From assembly GCA_965200745.1 (NCBI GenBank), contig CBDAUZ010000001.1, positions 370,896-434,895 of the forward strand: a DNA stretch of 64,000 nt, read 5' to 3'. Both the position numbers and the translations under genes were made by a program. The notes under the pieces are model-generated. The model did no database searches. It was given only the letters and a program-made list of their open reading frames with translations, and had not been told where the DNA came from. This stretch comes from Alphaproteobacteria bacterium. Its GTDB lineage: Bacteria > Pseudomonadota > Alphaproteobacteria > SP197. This document shows positions 49,253 to 59,808 of the stretch, piece after piece (the first letter of the stretch is position 1; the number at the start of each line of letters is the position of its first letter).

Positions 49253-49993
49253 ATGATGCGGTTTGAGGGACGTGTTGCAATCGTGACCGGCGCGGCCAGT
49301 GGAATCGGCGCTGAAGCCGCGAAACGCCTTGCCACCGAAGGTGCATCAACGGCTTTTGTCGACATCGATGAAGATGGTGCGCACAGCAAGGCACGCGCTG
49401 TCGGCGGTCTGGCATTCGGATTGGGTTGCGACGTCGCAGATCCTGAGTCCGTCGCAGCAATGCACAGCGCGGTTCTCGAGAAGTGCGGCAAGATCGACAT
49501 ACTCGTCAACGCGGCAGCAATTGTTCCGTTTGTCCCGTGGGACGAATTGACGTTCGAGGAATGGCGCAGGGTCTTGCGGGTGAATCTGGACGGTTTGTAT
49601 CTGATGTGCCGTGCGTCCTCCGATGCCATGCGCCAGTCGGGCTATGGCCGTATCGTGGCTGTCTGCTCGAATTCCATTTTCGCCGGCACGCCGAACATGG
49701 CGCACTATGTTGCATCCAAGGGCGGTGTGCTGACCTTTGCCCGCGCACTCGCCACGGAACTTGGAGGCGACAGGATCACGGTCAACTGCGTCTGCCCGGG
49801 CCTTACCGATACCGAAGGCGTACGCAAGACAGCGCATGTCAACGCCTTCGAGATCGTCAACATGCTTCAGGCCATCAAGGGTAACGGTACCCCGCCGGAT
49901 ATTGTGCCGGCGATCGCGTTTCTCGCTTCGGAGGAGGCACACTGGATTACCGGTCAGGCGCTCAACGTGGATGCGGGCATGGTCCGGGTGTAA
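49253..49993 (+). CDS. SDR-family oxidoreductase
   Basis: 'VAIVTGAASGIG' and a 'YVASK' catalytic motif. Confidence 0.8.
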   Translation: MMRFEGRVAIVTGAASGIGAEAAKRLATEGASTAFVDIDEDGAHSKARAVGGLAFGLGCDVADPESVAAMHSAVLEKCGKIDILVNAAAIVPFVPWDELTFEEWRRVLRVNLDGLYLMCRASSDAMRQSGYGRIVAVCSNSIFAGTPNMAHYVASKGGVLTFARALATELGGDRITVNCVCPGLTDTEGVRKTAHVNAFEIVNMLQAIKGNGTPPDIVPAIAFLASEEAHWITGQALNVDAGMVRV

Positions 49994-50021
49994 CAGACAG
50001 TTTCGGAAATACCGTGGTGGC

Positions 50022-50429
50022 TCAGAAACGGCAGTGGAGTTTCTGTTCGCAAGAACCCGTGCACGACAACCTGTAGTCGGCTTCGGCGCCGCGCCGCAAC
50101 GCAAGCAAGGAGACGTCGTTCACGGTACGAGACCAGTCAGAATCACTGCCGCAGAGAATGTTCTCGATCATGAGAAGTGAGTCGGCAGGGCGGATGGCCA
50201 GTTCTCCTGTATCAGAATTGCGAACGACCACCACGATCAATTCGGAGTCCGGTGCAATCACTGGGAACTGCCGGGTCACGAAGTGTGCAAGAACGGCAAC
50301 GCATCGCAGGGGCGATGGCGAATCATTGCCAATCACAAGCCGGACCTGAGACTCCTCGGATTTTGCGTCTATCGACGGCATGAGGCAGGATAGGATCACA
50401 AGAAAGACGATTGATATGTGTCGAGGGTC
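50022..50429 (-). CDS. Hypothetical small secreted protein
   Basis: Possible start MDPRHISIVFLVILSC (signal-like). No similarity recognised. Could be non-coding. Confidence 0.3.
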   Translation of the reverse strand, partial: DPRHISIVFLVILSCLMPSIDAKSEESQVRLVIGNDSPSPLRCVAVLAHFVTRQFPVIAPDSELIVVVVRNSDTGELAIRPADSLLMIENILCGSDSDWSRTVNDVSLLALRRGAEADYRLSCTGSCEQKLHCRF

Positions 50430-50576
50430 CATTTCGCTCAAGGGTGCATGCTGAAGTCTGGTGAATCCTGAATCTGCGGAACCGCGTGACATGCGGACCC
50501 GGCCGAACAGATTCTGCTTCTCCTTCGTCCCGTGGCCCCAGGGCCTCCCGATGCATCAGGCCAGGGAGATATCGGA

Positions 50577-51758
50577 ATGTCCAGTAACGCCATCAGGCCT
50601 CCCGTACTGACGCTGAGCGCCGGTCCGGTCCAGAGCTATCCTTCCGTACTGCAAGCTTTGGCGAAACCGCAAGGTTACGATTTCGATCCGTCATTTCAGC
50701 AGTTCTACGAGCAAACCGCAAAGCGTTGCGCCGAAGCCATGCGCTCGACCAACCCGGCGCTCATTCTGCAGGCTGAACCCGCTGTGGCAATCGAGGCTGC
50801 GGCTGCCTCGCTCATTTCACGACAGGACACGGTTCTGAACCTGGTCTCCGGTGTCTACGGCAAGGGTTTCGGCTACTGGTCGGCACGGTATCACGGCTCC
50901 ATGATCGAGTACGAGGTTGCCTACAACGACGCGCTCGATCCGGAAGTGGTCCGTACCTGCCTGCGCGAGAATCCGGCAGTGACTGTTGTATCTGTCGTTC
51001 ACGTTGACACGCCTTCCGGAACCGTCAATCCGGTCATCGAGATTGGCAAGATCGTCGCGGACCACGGTGCGCTCCTGATTGTCGATGCAGTGTCCTCCTT
51101 CGCCGGAATGGATATTCATCCCGACGCCTGTCATGCGGATGTTTTCATCACGGGCCCGGGCAAGTGTCTCGGCGGCGTCCCCGGAATCACGGTTGTTTCC
51201 GTCTCGGATGCGGCTTGGGATCACATGGCCGGGAATCCAGATGCGCCGCGCGCATCAATCCTGAGCTATCTCGACTGGAAGGATGCATGGAGCAGCGACG
51301 CAGCGTTCCCGTTCACGCCATCAACGGCTGAGATAGGCGGACTCGCCGAGGCGATTGACGGATATCTTGCCGAAGGTCCCGAAAACGTCTGGAAGCGGCA
51401 CGCGCTGACCGCTGCGGCCTGTCGTGCAGGTGTCGTGGCACTTGGTGCCGAACTGTGGGCTGCATCCGACGCGGCGGCAGCACCGACGACAACAGCGGTG
51501 CGAATTCCGCAGGGCATGACGGATACCGATATCATCTCGACGGCACGGGATTGTTACGGCGTTGCCTTTTCGCTGGGACGCGGCGATACGCTGGGCAAGC
51601 TGTTGCGTATCGGTCACATGGGTCCGACCGCAGAACCGGTCTATGCGCTGACCGCCGTCACAGTGCTTGGCGCCACACTGAATCGGCTTGGTTTCCCTGC
51701 AAAAACGGCAGCGGGCGTTGACGCGGCGCTTGCCGTCATCGATCAGGGCGTATCGTGA
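50577..51758 (+). CDS. Class V aminotransferase (serine-pyruvate/alanine-glyoxylate-like)
   Basis: Start MSSNAIRPPVL. Matches the PLP fold type I class V pattern. Confidence 0.7.
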   Translation: MSSNAIRPPVLTLSAGPVQSYPSVLQALAKPQGYDFDPSFQQFYEQTAKRCAEAMRSTNPALILQAEPAVAIEAAAASLISRQDTVLNLVSGVYGKGFGYWSARYHGSMIEYEVAYNDALDPEVVRTCLRENPAVTVVSVVHVDTPSGTVNPVIEIGKIVADHGALLIVDAVSSFAGMDIHPDACHADVFITGPGKCLGGVPGITVVSVSDAAWDHMAGNPDAPRASILSYLDWKDAWSSDAAFPFTPSTAEIGGLAEAIDGYLAEGPENVWKRHALTAAACRAGVVALGAELWAASDAAAAPTTTAVRIPQGMTDTDIISTARDCYGVAFSLGRGDTLGKLLRIGHMGPTAEPVYALTAVTVLGATLNRLGFPAKTAAGVDAALAVIDQGVS

Positions 51759-52136
51759 GCATGTTCCATTCGACACGCAAAATCGCTCGGGTTCCTCTGC
51801 GCGTACATTGATTTCGACAAACGCGGTTGCCAGCCATTCATTTCGACCCGATCGAAACGCTCAACGACAGGGATTCACCAGGCACGAAGAGTTCGTAACT
51901 GGTCACCATAAACGGCCACGAGCTTTGTCATTGTGTGACGGGCGCCACCGGCCCGTTGCTTGCGAACGGGGTCGGGGCCCTCTGCTACATCAAGGCACGT
52001 AGCCTTCTCCGGCGCAAAGTTGAATGCTTGCCGCATACTGATGTTGCGTGATATTAGGTATAACATGGTTTAATGCCATTTAAATACGACTTTCGTAAAA
52101 TTTGACTTGCATGTGTTTTGGAATAAGCGTGTTTTG

Positions 52137-52985
52137 ATGACGATGAACCGCCAAAGAACGCCACGCCTGAAACCGCTCCTGGATACTGTCCCTCCCGGCT
52201 TCATGGTAGACACGCCATGGCTGAGAGCCCGAGGGATCGACCCGAAGTCCATCCACGACTATGTCGCCCGCGGGTGGCTAGAACGCGTGGTCCGCGGCGT
52301 GTACCGCCGTCCGCTACCCGACGGCGCGCAGGGCGGTCACGAGGAGGCCTGGGCGATTCCGCTTCTCTCCCTGCAATGGATCATGAAGTACGCCGTACAT
52401 CTCGGAGGAGAGAGTGCCCTCGACATGGCCGGCTACGCCCATTACTTGAGACTCGGCGGGAGATCGCGCGTTCATTTCTATGGCGAGGTGCCGTCATGGC
52501 TGAAGCGGCTGCCCATGCAGGTCGAGACCGTAGTCCGCCGGCGCACGCTCTTCGGCGACGCCCCCCTCGGTATCGACGATGCCAATCTTGACGCTGCGAG
52601 AAGCCAACCGATGGTGAACGTGTGGCGCTGGCCCCTCAGGGCATCGTCGCCGGAACGCGCCATCCTCGAGGCCCTCGACGAGCTGCCGCGGAATGCGACC
52701 TTCGAGAACCTCGACAAGGTCTTCGAGGGACTGGTGTCGCTCCGACCCAAGCGGCTCACGATGCTCCTCAAGGCGTGCCACAGCGTGAAGGTGCGACGGC
52801 TGTTCTTCGTGTTTGCCGACAAGCACCAGCACGCATGGCGCAAGCACTTGGATACCTCAGAGTTCGATTTCGGGTCTGGGCCGCGGGCCTTGGTAGAGGG
52901 CGGCAGATTCCATCCGACCTATCGCATCTACGTGCCCGAAATGTTCCTGACCGGATCACAGCAAACGGCAGACGGCGATGTTTGA
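52137..52985 (+). CDS. AbiEi-family antitoxin/transcriptional regulator (type IV TA)
   Basis: N-terminal 'TPRLKPLLDTVPPGFMVDTPWLRARGIDPKSIHDYVARGWLERVVRGVYRRP' is the AbiEi_4 signature. Overlaps the downstream gene by 8 bp. Confidence 0.7.
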   Translation: MTMNRQRTPRLKPLLDTVPPGFMVDTPWLRARGIDPKSIHDYVARGWLERVVRGVYRRPLPDGAQGGHEEAWAIPLLSLQWIMKYAVHLGGESALDMAGYAHYLRLGGRSRVHFYGEVPSWLKRLPMQVETVVRRRTLFGDAPLGIDDANLDAARSQPMVNVWRWPLRASSPERAILEALDELPRNATFENLDKVFEGLVSLRPKRLTMLLKACHSVKVRRLFFVFADKHQHAWRKHLDTSEFDFGSGPRALVEGGRFHPTYRIYVPEMFLTGSQQTADGDV

Positions 52986-53658
52986 CCGGTACGCGGCGCA
53001 GGTACGCCTGCTCCTGGACACGCTGCCCGATATCGCCAACGAGAACGTGTTTGCACTCAAGGGCGGCACCGCCATCAACCTGTTCTACAGGGACATGCCG
53101 AGATTGTCCGTCGACATCGACCTGACTTACCTGCCGGTGGCGGACCGTCAATCTTCGTTGCAGGACATCGACCATGCCCTCGACCGCATCGTCGCGGCCA
53201 TCGCCCGCCGCAACCCGCACATCGAGGCGCGCCGTGCAGCGGGTGGCGGAAACGCCGACACGCGCATCATGGTTAGTGACGGCCAGTAGCAAATAAAGAT
53301 CGAGACCTCCCCGATAGCGCGGGGGGCGGTGTATCCAGCGACCACAATGAACGCTTCGGAGGCCGTGACGGCGCTCTTCGGATTCGTCGAGACGACCGTG
53401 CTGACGTTCGAGGATGTGTACGGCGGGAAACTTGCCGAGGCTCTCGATCGCCAGCATCCGCGCGACCTCTACGATGTGAATCTCCTGTATGAGAACGAAG
53501 GCCTGACAGCAGATATCTTTCGAACGTTTATGGTCTATGTGGCGAGCTCTGGCCGTCCGATGCACGCGCTGCTGGCGCCGACGGCGCCTCTCAGGGAGGA
53601 GCTGTATGGTAAGGAATTCGTGGGATCGCCTGGCACCAGGTCCAGGGAAGGAAGATGA
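52978..53658 (+). pseudogene. AbiEii/AbiGii-family nucleotidyltransferase toxin interrupted by in-frame TAG (53287-53289)
   Basis: 'NVFALKGGTAINLFYRDMPRLSVDIDLTY' nucleotidyltransferase motif. A single amber stop occurs after ...RIMVSDGQ, and translation continues in the same frame ('QIKIETSPIARG…'). Confidence 0.65.
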
Positions 53659-53842
53659 TCAGACTGATGAACAGAAGTGTCGGGATTGCGAGAAGCAATC
53701 TCCGTATTGTGTAATTTAACATGGGAGTCCGACCGGATCCGTTATCGTCGCATCGGTGCTGATGCGGAGCGCGAACGAATCGTCGTCACGACAGGGATAG
53801 CAGCCCGGGATCGACTGGATCCCGGGCTGAATTCAAAAATGT

Positions 53843-55543
53843 TCACTCGGAGATGCGATACCAGTCGGCAGCGTTCCAGAGTTCCGAATCCCAGGTATTG
53901 AGCACGATTCCACCCAGCGTGTTTGCGTGCGCAGAAACCCGGCCACGGTAGACCAGCGGGATCATGATATGCTGTTGCATCAGCATGTCGTTCATCGCTC
54001 TGGCAAGTTCGGCGCGTTCATTGATGTCACCCGTCTTCGACATTGTATCGAGAAGTGCATCATATTCCGGGCTGCAGTAGCGCGGGATATTGCCACCCTG
54101 CCACTGGCTGGCGGGGCTCGGATCGTTACCGCAACGCCAGCTACCAAGGTACGGCTCAGGATCAGCACCACCGAAACCATTCGCGTACATCTCGATGTCG
54201 GCAAAGAACTTCTGGGTGGTGTCGGGTTTGCCTGGATCACCGCCGAAGAACACTGACGCAGAAAGATTGCGCAATTCCGTTTCCACACCAATTTCCGACC
54301 ACCACTGCTTGATCAGAGCCTGAAAGTCCTGACGAACGGCATTGGTGGACGTCTGGTAGAGAATCGAAAGGCGAACGCCGTCCTTCGCACGCACACCATC
54401 GCTGCCAACTAACCAGTCGGCACTGTCGAGCAGGGTGTTTGCACCTTCGATGTCCTGGGTGAGACATGAGTCATTCGCTGACGACTCATAAATCGCTGGC
54501 GCGGGTACAATATTGCATGTCACACGACCAGCGGGACCATAACCGATCTCGACAAGAAGCGCGCGATCAATGGCCATGGAAAGTGCCTTGCGGACATCGG
54601 GGTCCGTCAGGAAGGGATGCGGATGGGCACGCGTCGAACGCTCGTCTCCAAGGGCAGGAGACGGGTTCGTCAGGTTTACCATCAGCCGTTCCACGAGTGT
54701 TCCGAATGCGGAAACCACGACACCCTTGCCAGCTGCCTCCATGTCCGCAAGGACGTCAGGTGCAAGCTGCAGATTCCATGCGTAGTCGAATTCCCCGGTC
54801 TCAAGTACCGACCGTCCTGCCGCAGCAGCATCACCGCCGCCCTTGAAGGTCAGCGTCGCAAACGCCGGTTTTGCAGGATCACGGTAATTCGGATTCGCTT
54901 CCATGCTGATTACGTCATTGGGACGGAAATCCGTGACACGAAATGGTCCGGTACCGATCGGATTGAAGTTCGCTTCCGTGCACTCCCGTGCCTTGGCACC
55001 GACACAATTCTCGAACTGCTTCTTCTGAATGATTGGCGTCTTGTCACCAACAAATGGACCATAGGGAAACGGCTTGGGAACACCGAATGTAATCTGTACG
55101 GTCAGCTCGTCCAGCGCGTCGACCGAGACCAGATCGCCGAACTTCCCACGCTGCGAACACCCGCCGTCGGGGTTGATGCAGTACTCAGCGGTGAACACGA
55201 CATCAGCGGATGTAACCGGTGAACCGTCGGACCAGAGCAGGCCTGGCTTCAGTTTCCAGGTGATCTTCGTCAGATCGGCAGAGACACCGCCATTCGCGAC
55301 AGTCGGAACGGATTCGGCAAGCCATGGCGTGATGTTGCCATTTTCGTCGTACCTTGCCAGCGGATCAAGTATGAGAGATGCAGCCTCAATATCCTTCGTG
55401 CCTCTAGACAGGTACGGGTTCAGAATGGACGGTGCCTGCCAGTAGATAATACTGACATGTCCGTCGCTGCCACGTTCTGCATAGGCCGTCGCCGCAACCA
55501 GTCCCAACATCAGACCGGTTACTGCAAGCGCAAGTTTTTTCAT
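53843..55543 (-). CDS. ABC transporter substrate-binding protein, family 5 (OppA/DppA-like)
   Basis: 566 aa with signal peptide and SBP_bac_5 architecture. Confidence 0.85.
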   Translation of the reverse strand: MKKLALAVTGLMLGLVAATAYAERGSDGHVSIIYWQAPSILNPYLSRGTKDIEAASLILDPLARYDENGNITPWLAESVPTVANGGVSADLTKITWKLKPGLLWSDGSPVTSADVVFTAEYCINPDGGCSQRGKFGDLVSVDALDELTVQITFGVPKPFPYGPFVGDKTPIIQKKQFENCVGAKARECTEANFNPIGTGPFRVTDFRPNDVISMEANPNYRDPAKPAFATLTFKGGGDAAAAGRSVLETGEFDYAWNLQLAPDVLADMEAAGKGVVVSAFGTLVERLMVNLTNPSPALGDERSTRAHPHPFLTDPDVRKALSMAIDRALLVEIGYGPAGRVTCNIVPAPAIYESSANDSCLTQDIEGANTLLDSADWLVGSDGVRAKDGVRLSILYQTSTNAVRQDFQALIKQWWSEIGVETELRNLSASVFFGGDPGKPDTTQKFFADIEMYANGFGGADPEPYLGSWRCGNDPSPASQWQGGNIPRYCSPEYDALLDTMSKTGDINERAELARAMNDMLMQQHIMIPLVYRGRVSAHANTLGGIVLNTWDSELWNAADWYRISE

Positions 55544-56225
55544 GCCGGAACTCCTTTCCGTTCTTGCCGGTCAGGTGCCGTAGAGTAGCAGATTTCCATG
55601 ACTTTCGGACAACGCGTGCAGAACACACATCCGGTCGGCGGGTTGGCAGGTGATGGCACATCGCCCTCGAGAATAATTCTCTGACGATGCTGTTCGTGTA
55701 CGGGATCAGGCTCGGGAACGGCGGAAAGCAATGCCTCCGTATAGGGGTGACCCGGTCTCTCGTAGAGATCCTTGACGTCCGCGAGTTCGATGACCTTGCC
55801 AAGGTACATGACCGCAACCCTGTCAGCGATGTGGCGCACCATTCCAAGATCATGACTGATAAAGAGATAGGTCAGATTCATCTGTTCCTGCAGGTCCTCA
55901 AGCAGATTGACGACCTGTGCCTGAATGGAGACGTCCAGCGCCGCAATCGGCTCGTCACAGATAATCAGGCGGGGACGCAGGGCCAGCGCCCTGGCTATGC
56001 CAATGCGTTGTCGTTGGCCGCCGGAAAACTCATGTGGATACCTGTTGGCAAAATCCTGATTGAGTCCGACAGACTTCATCAGTTCAATCACGCGTTCGTG
56101 ACGCTCGTCTCGCGAAAGGTTTCTGTGTTCGTCGAGTGGTTCTGAAATGATCTCTGCAACGGTCATGCGCGGATTGAGACTGGCCTGGGGATCCTGAAAG
56201 ATCATCTGCATTTCGGAACGCAGCT
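55540..56225 (-). pseudogene. Peptide ABC transporter ATPase (OppF/DppF-like), N-terminally truncated by IS remnant
   Basis: Retains the Q-loop, signature '[15 protein letters not shown]', Walker B and the C-terminal oligopeptide domain. Lacks Walker A. The first codons of the ORF are IS-derived sequence. Confidence 0.7.
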
Positions 56226-56983
56226 TCCGGACCTCACCGCTGCTGCCCAAGCAGGGCAAGATGGGTCGTCCGCGCAGGACCGATCTGCGGTCGACGCCAT
56301 CTGGTACATCCTCAGCACGGGCTGCCCATTGGCGGTCGCTTCCGGTGAATATCCACCATTTTCAACAGTCCAGAACTATTTCTACGGGTGGCGTCGCAGG
56401 CAAGGTCCTGCAGCGCTTGCGGGATCTGGCGCGGTGCTCGCTCTGCGGAGCCGAGCATGGCCGTGATCGACAGCCAGTCGGTGAAGACCACGGAGAGTGG
56501 CGGTCCCTGTGGCTATGATGCAAGCAAGAAGATCAAGGGCCGCAAGCGGCACATTGCCGTGGACGCGCAAGGCAACCCGATTGTCATGATGGTTCACCCG
56601 GCTGACGTCCAGGACAGGGACGGTGCCCTGGAGGTTGTCATACAGCTGTTGGCAACGGCGCCGACGATCTCCAAACTGTATGCCGATATGGTGGCTATGC
56701 GGGGCCGAAACTTCGAAAGGAGATCCGGGAACAGGGTCTGCCAGACATCCTCGAGATTGTGGAATAGCCGAAGGCACGGTGTTGTCCCGCCGGTGAGTCG
56801 TGGAGCGGACCTTTGCCTGGATGGGCCGATGCCGTCGCTTGTCGAAGGATGACGAGCGCCACACTGACAATCCCTGGCCTGGGCGCAATTGGCCGCCTGT
56901 CGATTTCTTGTCAGGCGCGTGGCGCGTGAAACAACTGCGTGAAAAAAATTGACTATTAAAACATGGATTTATGATTCAAACTC
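56226..56983 (+). mobile_element. Degenerate, 5'-truncated IS5-family copy (about 85-90% identical to copies 1 and 2)
   Basis: Homology starts inside orfA. There are indels and frameshifts in orfA and orfB. The right end '…TTTATGATTCAAACTC' resembles the IR of copies 1 and 2. Confidence 0.65.
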
Positions 56984-57306
56984 TTACACCTTTCGCGCCG
57001 GCGACCCGTAGCGTTCTCTATTGCCTCTTCAGAAGCTCAGGCTTCAGAGCGAAGATGCTCACAAGGGTCACCGGCACGTCCAAAAGCCATCAGCGTGTCG
57101 CGCCGAATTCTCTTCTCGCTTGCGAGGTGCTCGCTGCGGATTCAAGGTTGCTTGCCTTGTTCGACGGAAAAGTCAGCCCAATGATGAATCTGCTTCTCTC
57201 GAATCGTCGAGAGTCCCACGAACTGACGCTGATCCGCGCCCTCCTCCTACCGAAGCTCATGTCCGGCGAAATTCGCCTCCATGATGCCGAGAAGGCGGTG
57301 GCATGA
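56984..57306 (+). pseudogene. Possible C-terminal fragment of a type I R-M specificity subunit (HsdS)
   Basis: Ends '…LIRALLLPKLMSGEIRL', which resembles conserved HsdS C-termini. It is only about 105 aa and abuts the IS remnant. Confidence 0.3.
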
Positions 57307-58136
57307 GTTCGTTGACGGACATTGAGAAGCGGTATCTCGAAAAGTTGCTCGACATGAACGGCGGCTATGTTCTCGACTTCACGGACGCCACATTTGGTGA
57401 ATTCTTCGAACGGCACAACGTCGACATCCACGGTCGCAAGTATCAGACGTTCGGAACGTCGAAGGCGAAGAAGCTCCGCGCCTTTTGGTCATCGGAATCC
57501 GACCAACAGGTCGGCACAGTGGTGTCCGAACTGCTGGACACCTATGAGGCAGACTGCGACCTCAACGGCAGGGAACTGAACAAGGGATTGCTGGAAAAAG
57601 TGCGCAGCATCGCCGGACGGCTGAACGGTCAATCTACCGTTTCTCTGGTGACCACGACGAAAGGCCAGTTTCTAGCTCGGGAGTTCGCGGTTCCGAACAT
57701 TCGAAATATGCCCATTGACGCGCAGGTCGTGTCGATAGTCGAAGCAAGACTTGACGAGGCCCGCATCGCGCTTGCCGCAGGTGCCCATTTGTCAGTGATC
57801 TTTATGTGCGGCAGCGTCGTTGAAGCCGTTTTGCTCGGCGCAGCCCAGAAGGCTCCAGCAAAATTCAATCAGGCGAACGCGACGCCGAGGGCAACGAACG
57901 GATCGCCGAAACGTTTTCATGAATGGAGCCTTGCACAGTTGATCGACGTTGCGTGCGAGGTTGGCATTCTGGGGCCCGACATCAAGAAATTCAGTCACGG
58001 CTTGCGCGATTTCCGGAACTATATCCACCCATACCAGCAGATGGCCTCCGGTTTCACACCGGATGAACACACCGCCAAGGTCTGCTTCCAAGTCCTGAAG
58101 GCCGTTTTGGCGAGCCTGGCGGGTGAGCGCTCATGA
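57303..58136 (+). CDS. Hypothetical protein with C-terminal HEPN-like R-x(4-6)-H motif
   Basis: 277 aa. 'HGLRDFRNYIHPYQ' near the C-terminus. ATGA overlap with both upstream and downstream genes. Confidence 0.45.
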   Translation: MSSLTDIEKRYLEKLLDMNGGYVLDFTDATFGEFFERHNVDIHGRKYQTFGTSKAKKLRAFWSSESDQQVGTVVSELLDTYEADCDLNGRELNKGLLEKVRSIAGRLNGQSTVSLVTTTKGQFLAREFAVPNIRNMPIDAQVVSIVEARLDEARIALAAGAHLSVIFMCGSVVEAVLLGAAQKAPAKFNQANATPRATNGSPKRFHEWSLAQLIDVACEVGILGPDIKKFSHGLRDFRNYIHPYQQMASGFTPDEHTAKVCFQVLKAVLASLAGERS

Positions 58137-59281
58137 TGCGCGTCTCCGTCAATCCCAAGCTTCTGCATTGGGCGCGCGAGCGCGCTGGTTTTGCGCAGGA
58201 AGATCTGGCGGCGAGATTCAAGAAACTGCCAGAGTGGGAAAGCGGCGAGGTTCAGCCCACGCTGAAGCAGTTGGAGGCCTTCGCTCGCGCCGTCCATGTG
58301 CCATTCGGTTATCTGTTCTTCCCGGAGCCCCCCGTCGAACGCCTCCCGATCGCCGACTTCCGCACTGTTGCGGACAAAGCAAAGGTCAAAGCGAGCCCCG
58401 ACCTGATCGATACGCTCTACGCCATGCAGCGGAGACAGGCATGGCTACGGGAGCACCTCGTCGAGAGCGGGGTGGAGCCGTTGGCCTTCGCGGCGAGCGC
58501 CAGTCTTGCAGACGACCCCGGTGCGGTGGGCCGAGAGATGCGGCGTGTGCTTGGCCTGGACGAGGGCTGGACGGCGGGGGTGCGCAGTTGGCAGGATGCC
58601 GTGAATGAGCTGCGCCGCATGATCGAGCAACTTGGCGTGATGGCGGTAATCAACGGTATCGTCGGCAACAATACGCACCGTCGGCTGAGCGTGGCGGAGT
58701 TTCGCGGGTTCGCGCTCACGGATCGTTATGCACCCCTGATTTTCGTGAACGGCGCGGGTGCGAAATCCGCCCAGATGTTCACGCTGGCTCACGAGCTGGC
58801 CCACATCTGGCTCGGCGAAGAGGGGCTTTCCGGCTTCGATCACCTGCTTCCTGGCGGCACGGACGTGGAAGATTGGTGCAACCAGGCAGCGGCTGAATTC
58901 CTCGCACCATCGCGCGAAATGCGGGAGCGCTGGAACAAGGTCAGACGGGAAGTGAATCCCTTCGAGGCCCTTGGTCGGTCGTTCAAGGTGAGCCCGGTTG
59001 TCGCGGCCCGTCGAGCCATGGACCTCAAGCTCATTGAGCGCAACATTTTCTTCGAATTCTACGAAGGCTACATCACGCGGGAACATCGGGGCGGGGCGGC
59101 ATCGTCCGGTGGCGATTTTTACAACAAACAGAACGTGCGTGTCGGCAAGCTTTTCGCAACCCATGTGATGCGGGCAGCAATGGGAGGCGAGATAGGTTTC
59201 AGGGAAGCCTATGAGCTGACCGGCCTCCGGGGCGGAACGTTCCAGGACTACGCCAATAAACTGGGCATCCTGCTTCCCTGA
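58133..59281 (+). CDS. XRE-family HTH fused to ImmA/IrrE (COG2856) zinc metallopeptidase
   Basis: N-terminal HTH, then 'MFTLAHELAHIWL' HEXXH and the ImmA/IrrE fold. Confidence 0.8.
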   Translation: MMRVSVNPKLLHWARERAGFAQEDLAARFKKLPEWESGEVQPTLKQLEAFARAVHVPFGYLFFPEPPVERLPIADFRTVADKAKVKASPDLIDTLYAMQRRQAWLREHLVESGVEPLAFAASASLADDPGAVGREMRRVLGLDEGWTAGVRSWQDAVNELRRMIEQLGVMAVINGIVGNNTHRRLSVAEFRGFALTDRYAPLIFVNGAGAKSAQMFTLAHELAHIWLGEEGLSGFDHLLPGGTDVEDWCNQAAAEFLAPSREMRERWNKVRREVNPFEALGRSFKVSPVVAARRAMDLKLIERNIFFEFYEGYITREHRGGAASSGGDFYNKQNVRVGKLFATHVMRAAMGGEIGFREAYELTGLRGGTFQDYANKLGILLP

Positions 59282-59808
59282 TGACAAATCAGACAACATA
59301 TCTCGTGGACTCCGACGCCCTCATTACCGCAAAGGATCTGTACTACGCGTTCGATCTATGCCCCGGATTCTGGAAGAGCTTGCTTCATTATCACCGAGAG
59401 GGTCGGGTTTTCAGCATTGACAGAGTACGAAACGAGTTGCTCATGGGTCGCAGTAACGAGGATCTGGTTCAGTGGGTGAAAAACGATGTCCCGGACGAAT
59501 TCTTCCTGCCAGTCGACACCGATGAATTGGCGCGCGTCTATGCGGAAATCATGATGTGGGTTCAACGCCATCCAGACTATTTCGATCATGCGAAAGCGAA
59601 GTTCGCGACGGGTGCGGACGGCTGGCTCGTAGCCTGCGCACGTGTTTGGGGCGCGACCGTCGTGACGAACGAGCAGCCTGCCCCGGAGTCCCGAAGGGAC
59701 GTGAAACTGCCGGATGTTTGCGACGAATTCAGAGTCCTTCGGCAGGACACGTTCGTCATGCTTCGAGCGCTGGGAGTGCGGTTCGATTGGAAGGGCGGAG
59801 TTGAATGA
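59281..59808 (+). CDS. DUF4411-family (PIN-like) protein
   Basis: 'YLVDSDALITAKDLYYAFDLCPGFW' N-terminus typical of DUF4411. 1-nt stop/start overlap with the ImmA gene. Confidence 0.7.
   Translation: MTNQTTYLVDSDALITAKDLYYAFDLCPGFWKSLLHYHREGRVFSIDRVRNELLMGRSNEDLVQWVKNDVPDEFFLPVDTDELARVYAEIMMWVQRHPDYFDHAKAKFATGADGWLVACARVWGATVVTNEQPAPESRRDVKLPDVCDEFRVLRQDTFVMLRALGVRFDWKGGVE

Noticed and set aside
53801-53829. 9-bp perfect inverted repeat CCCGGGATC-gactg-GATCCCGGG considered as a terminator for the opp or AbiEii genes
   Set aside because: No U-tract follows on either strand. Likely just a stable hairpin or a restriction-site-like palindrome.
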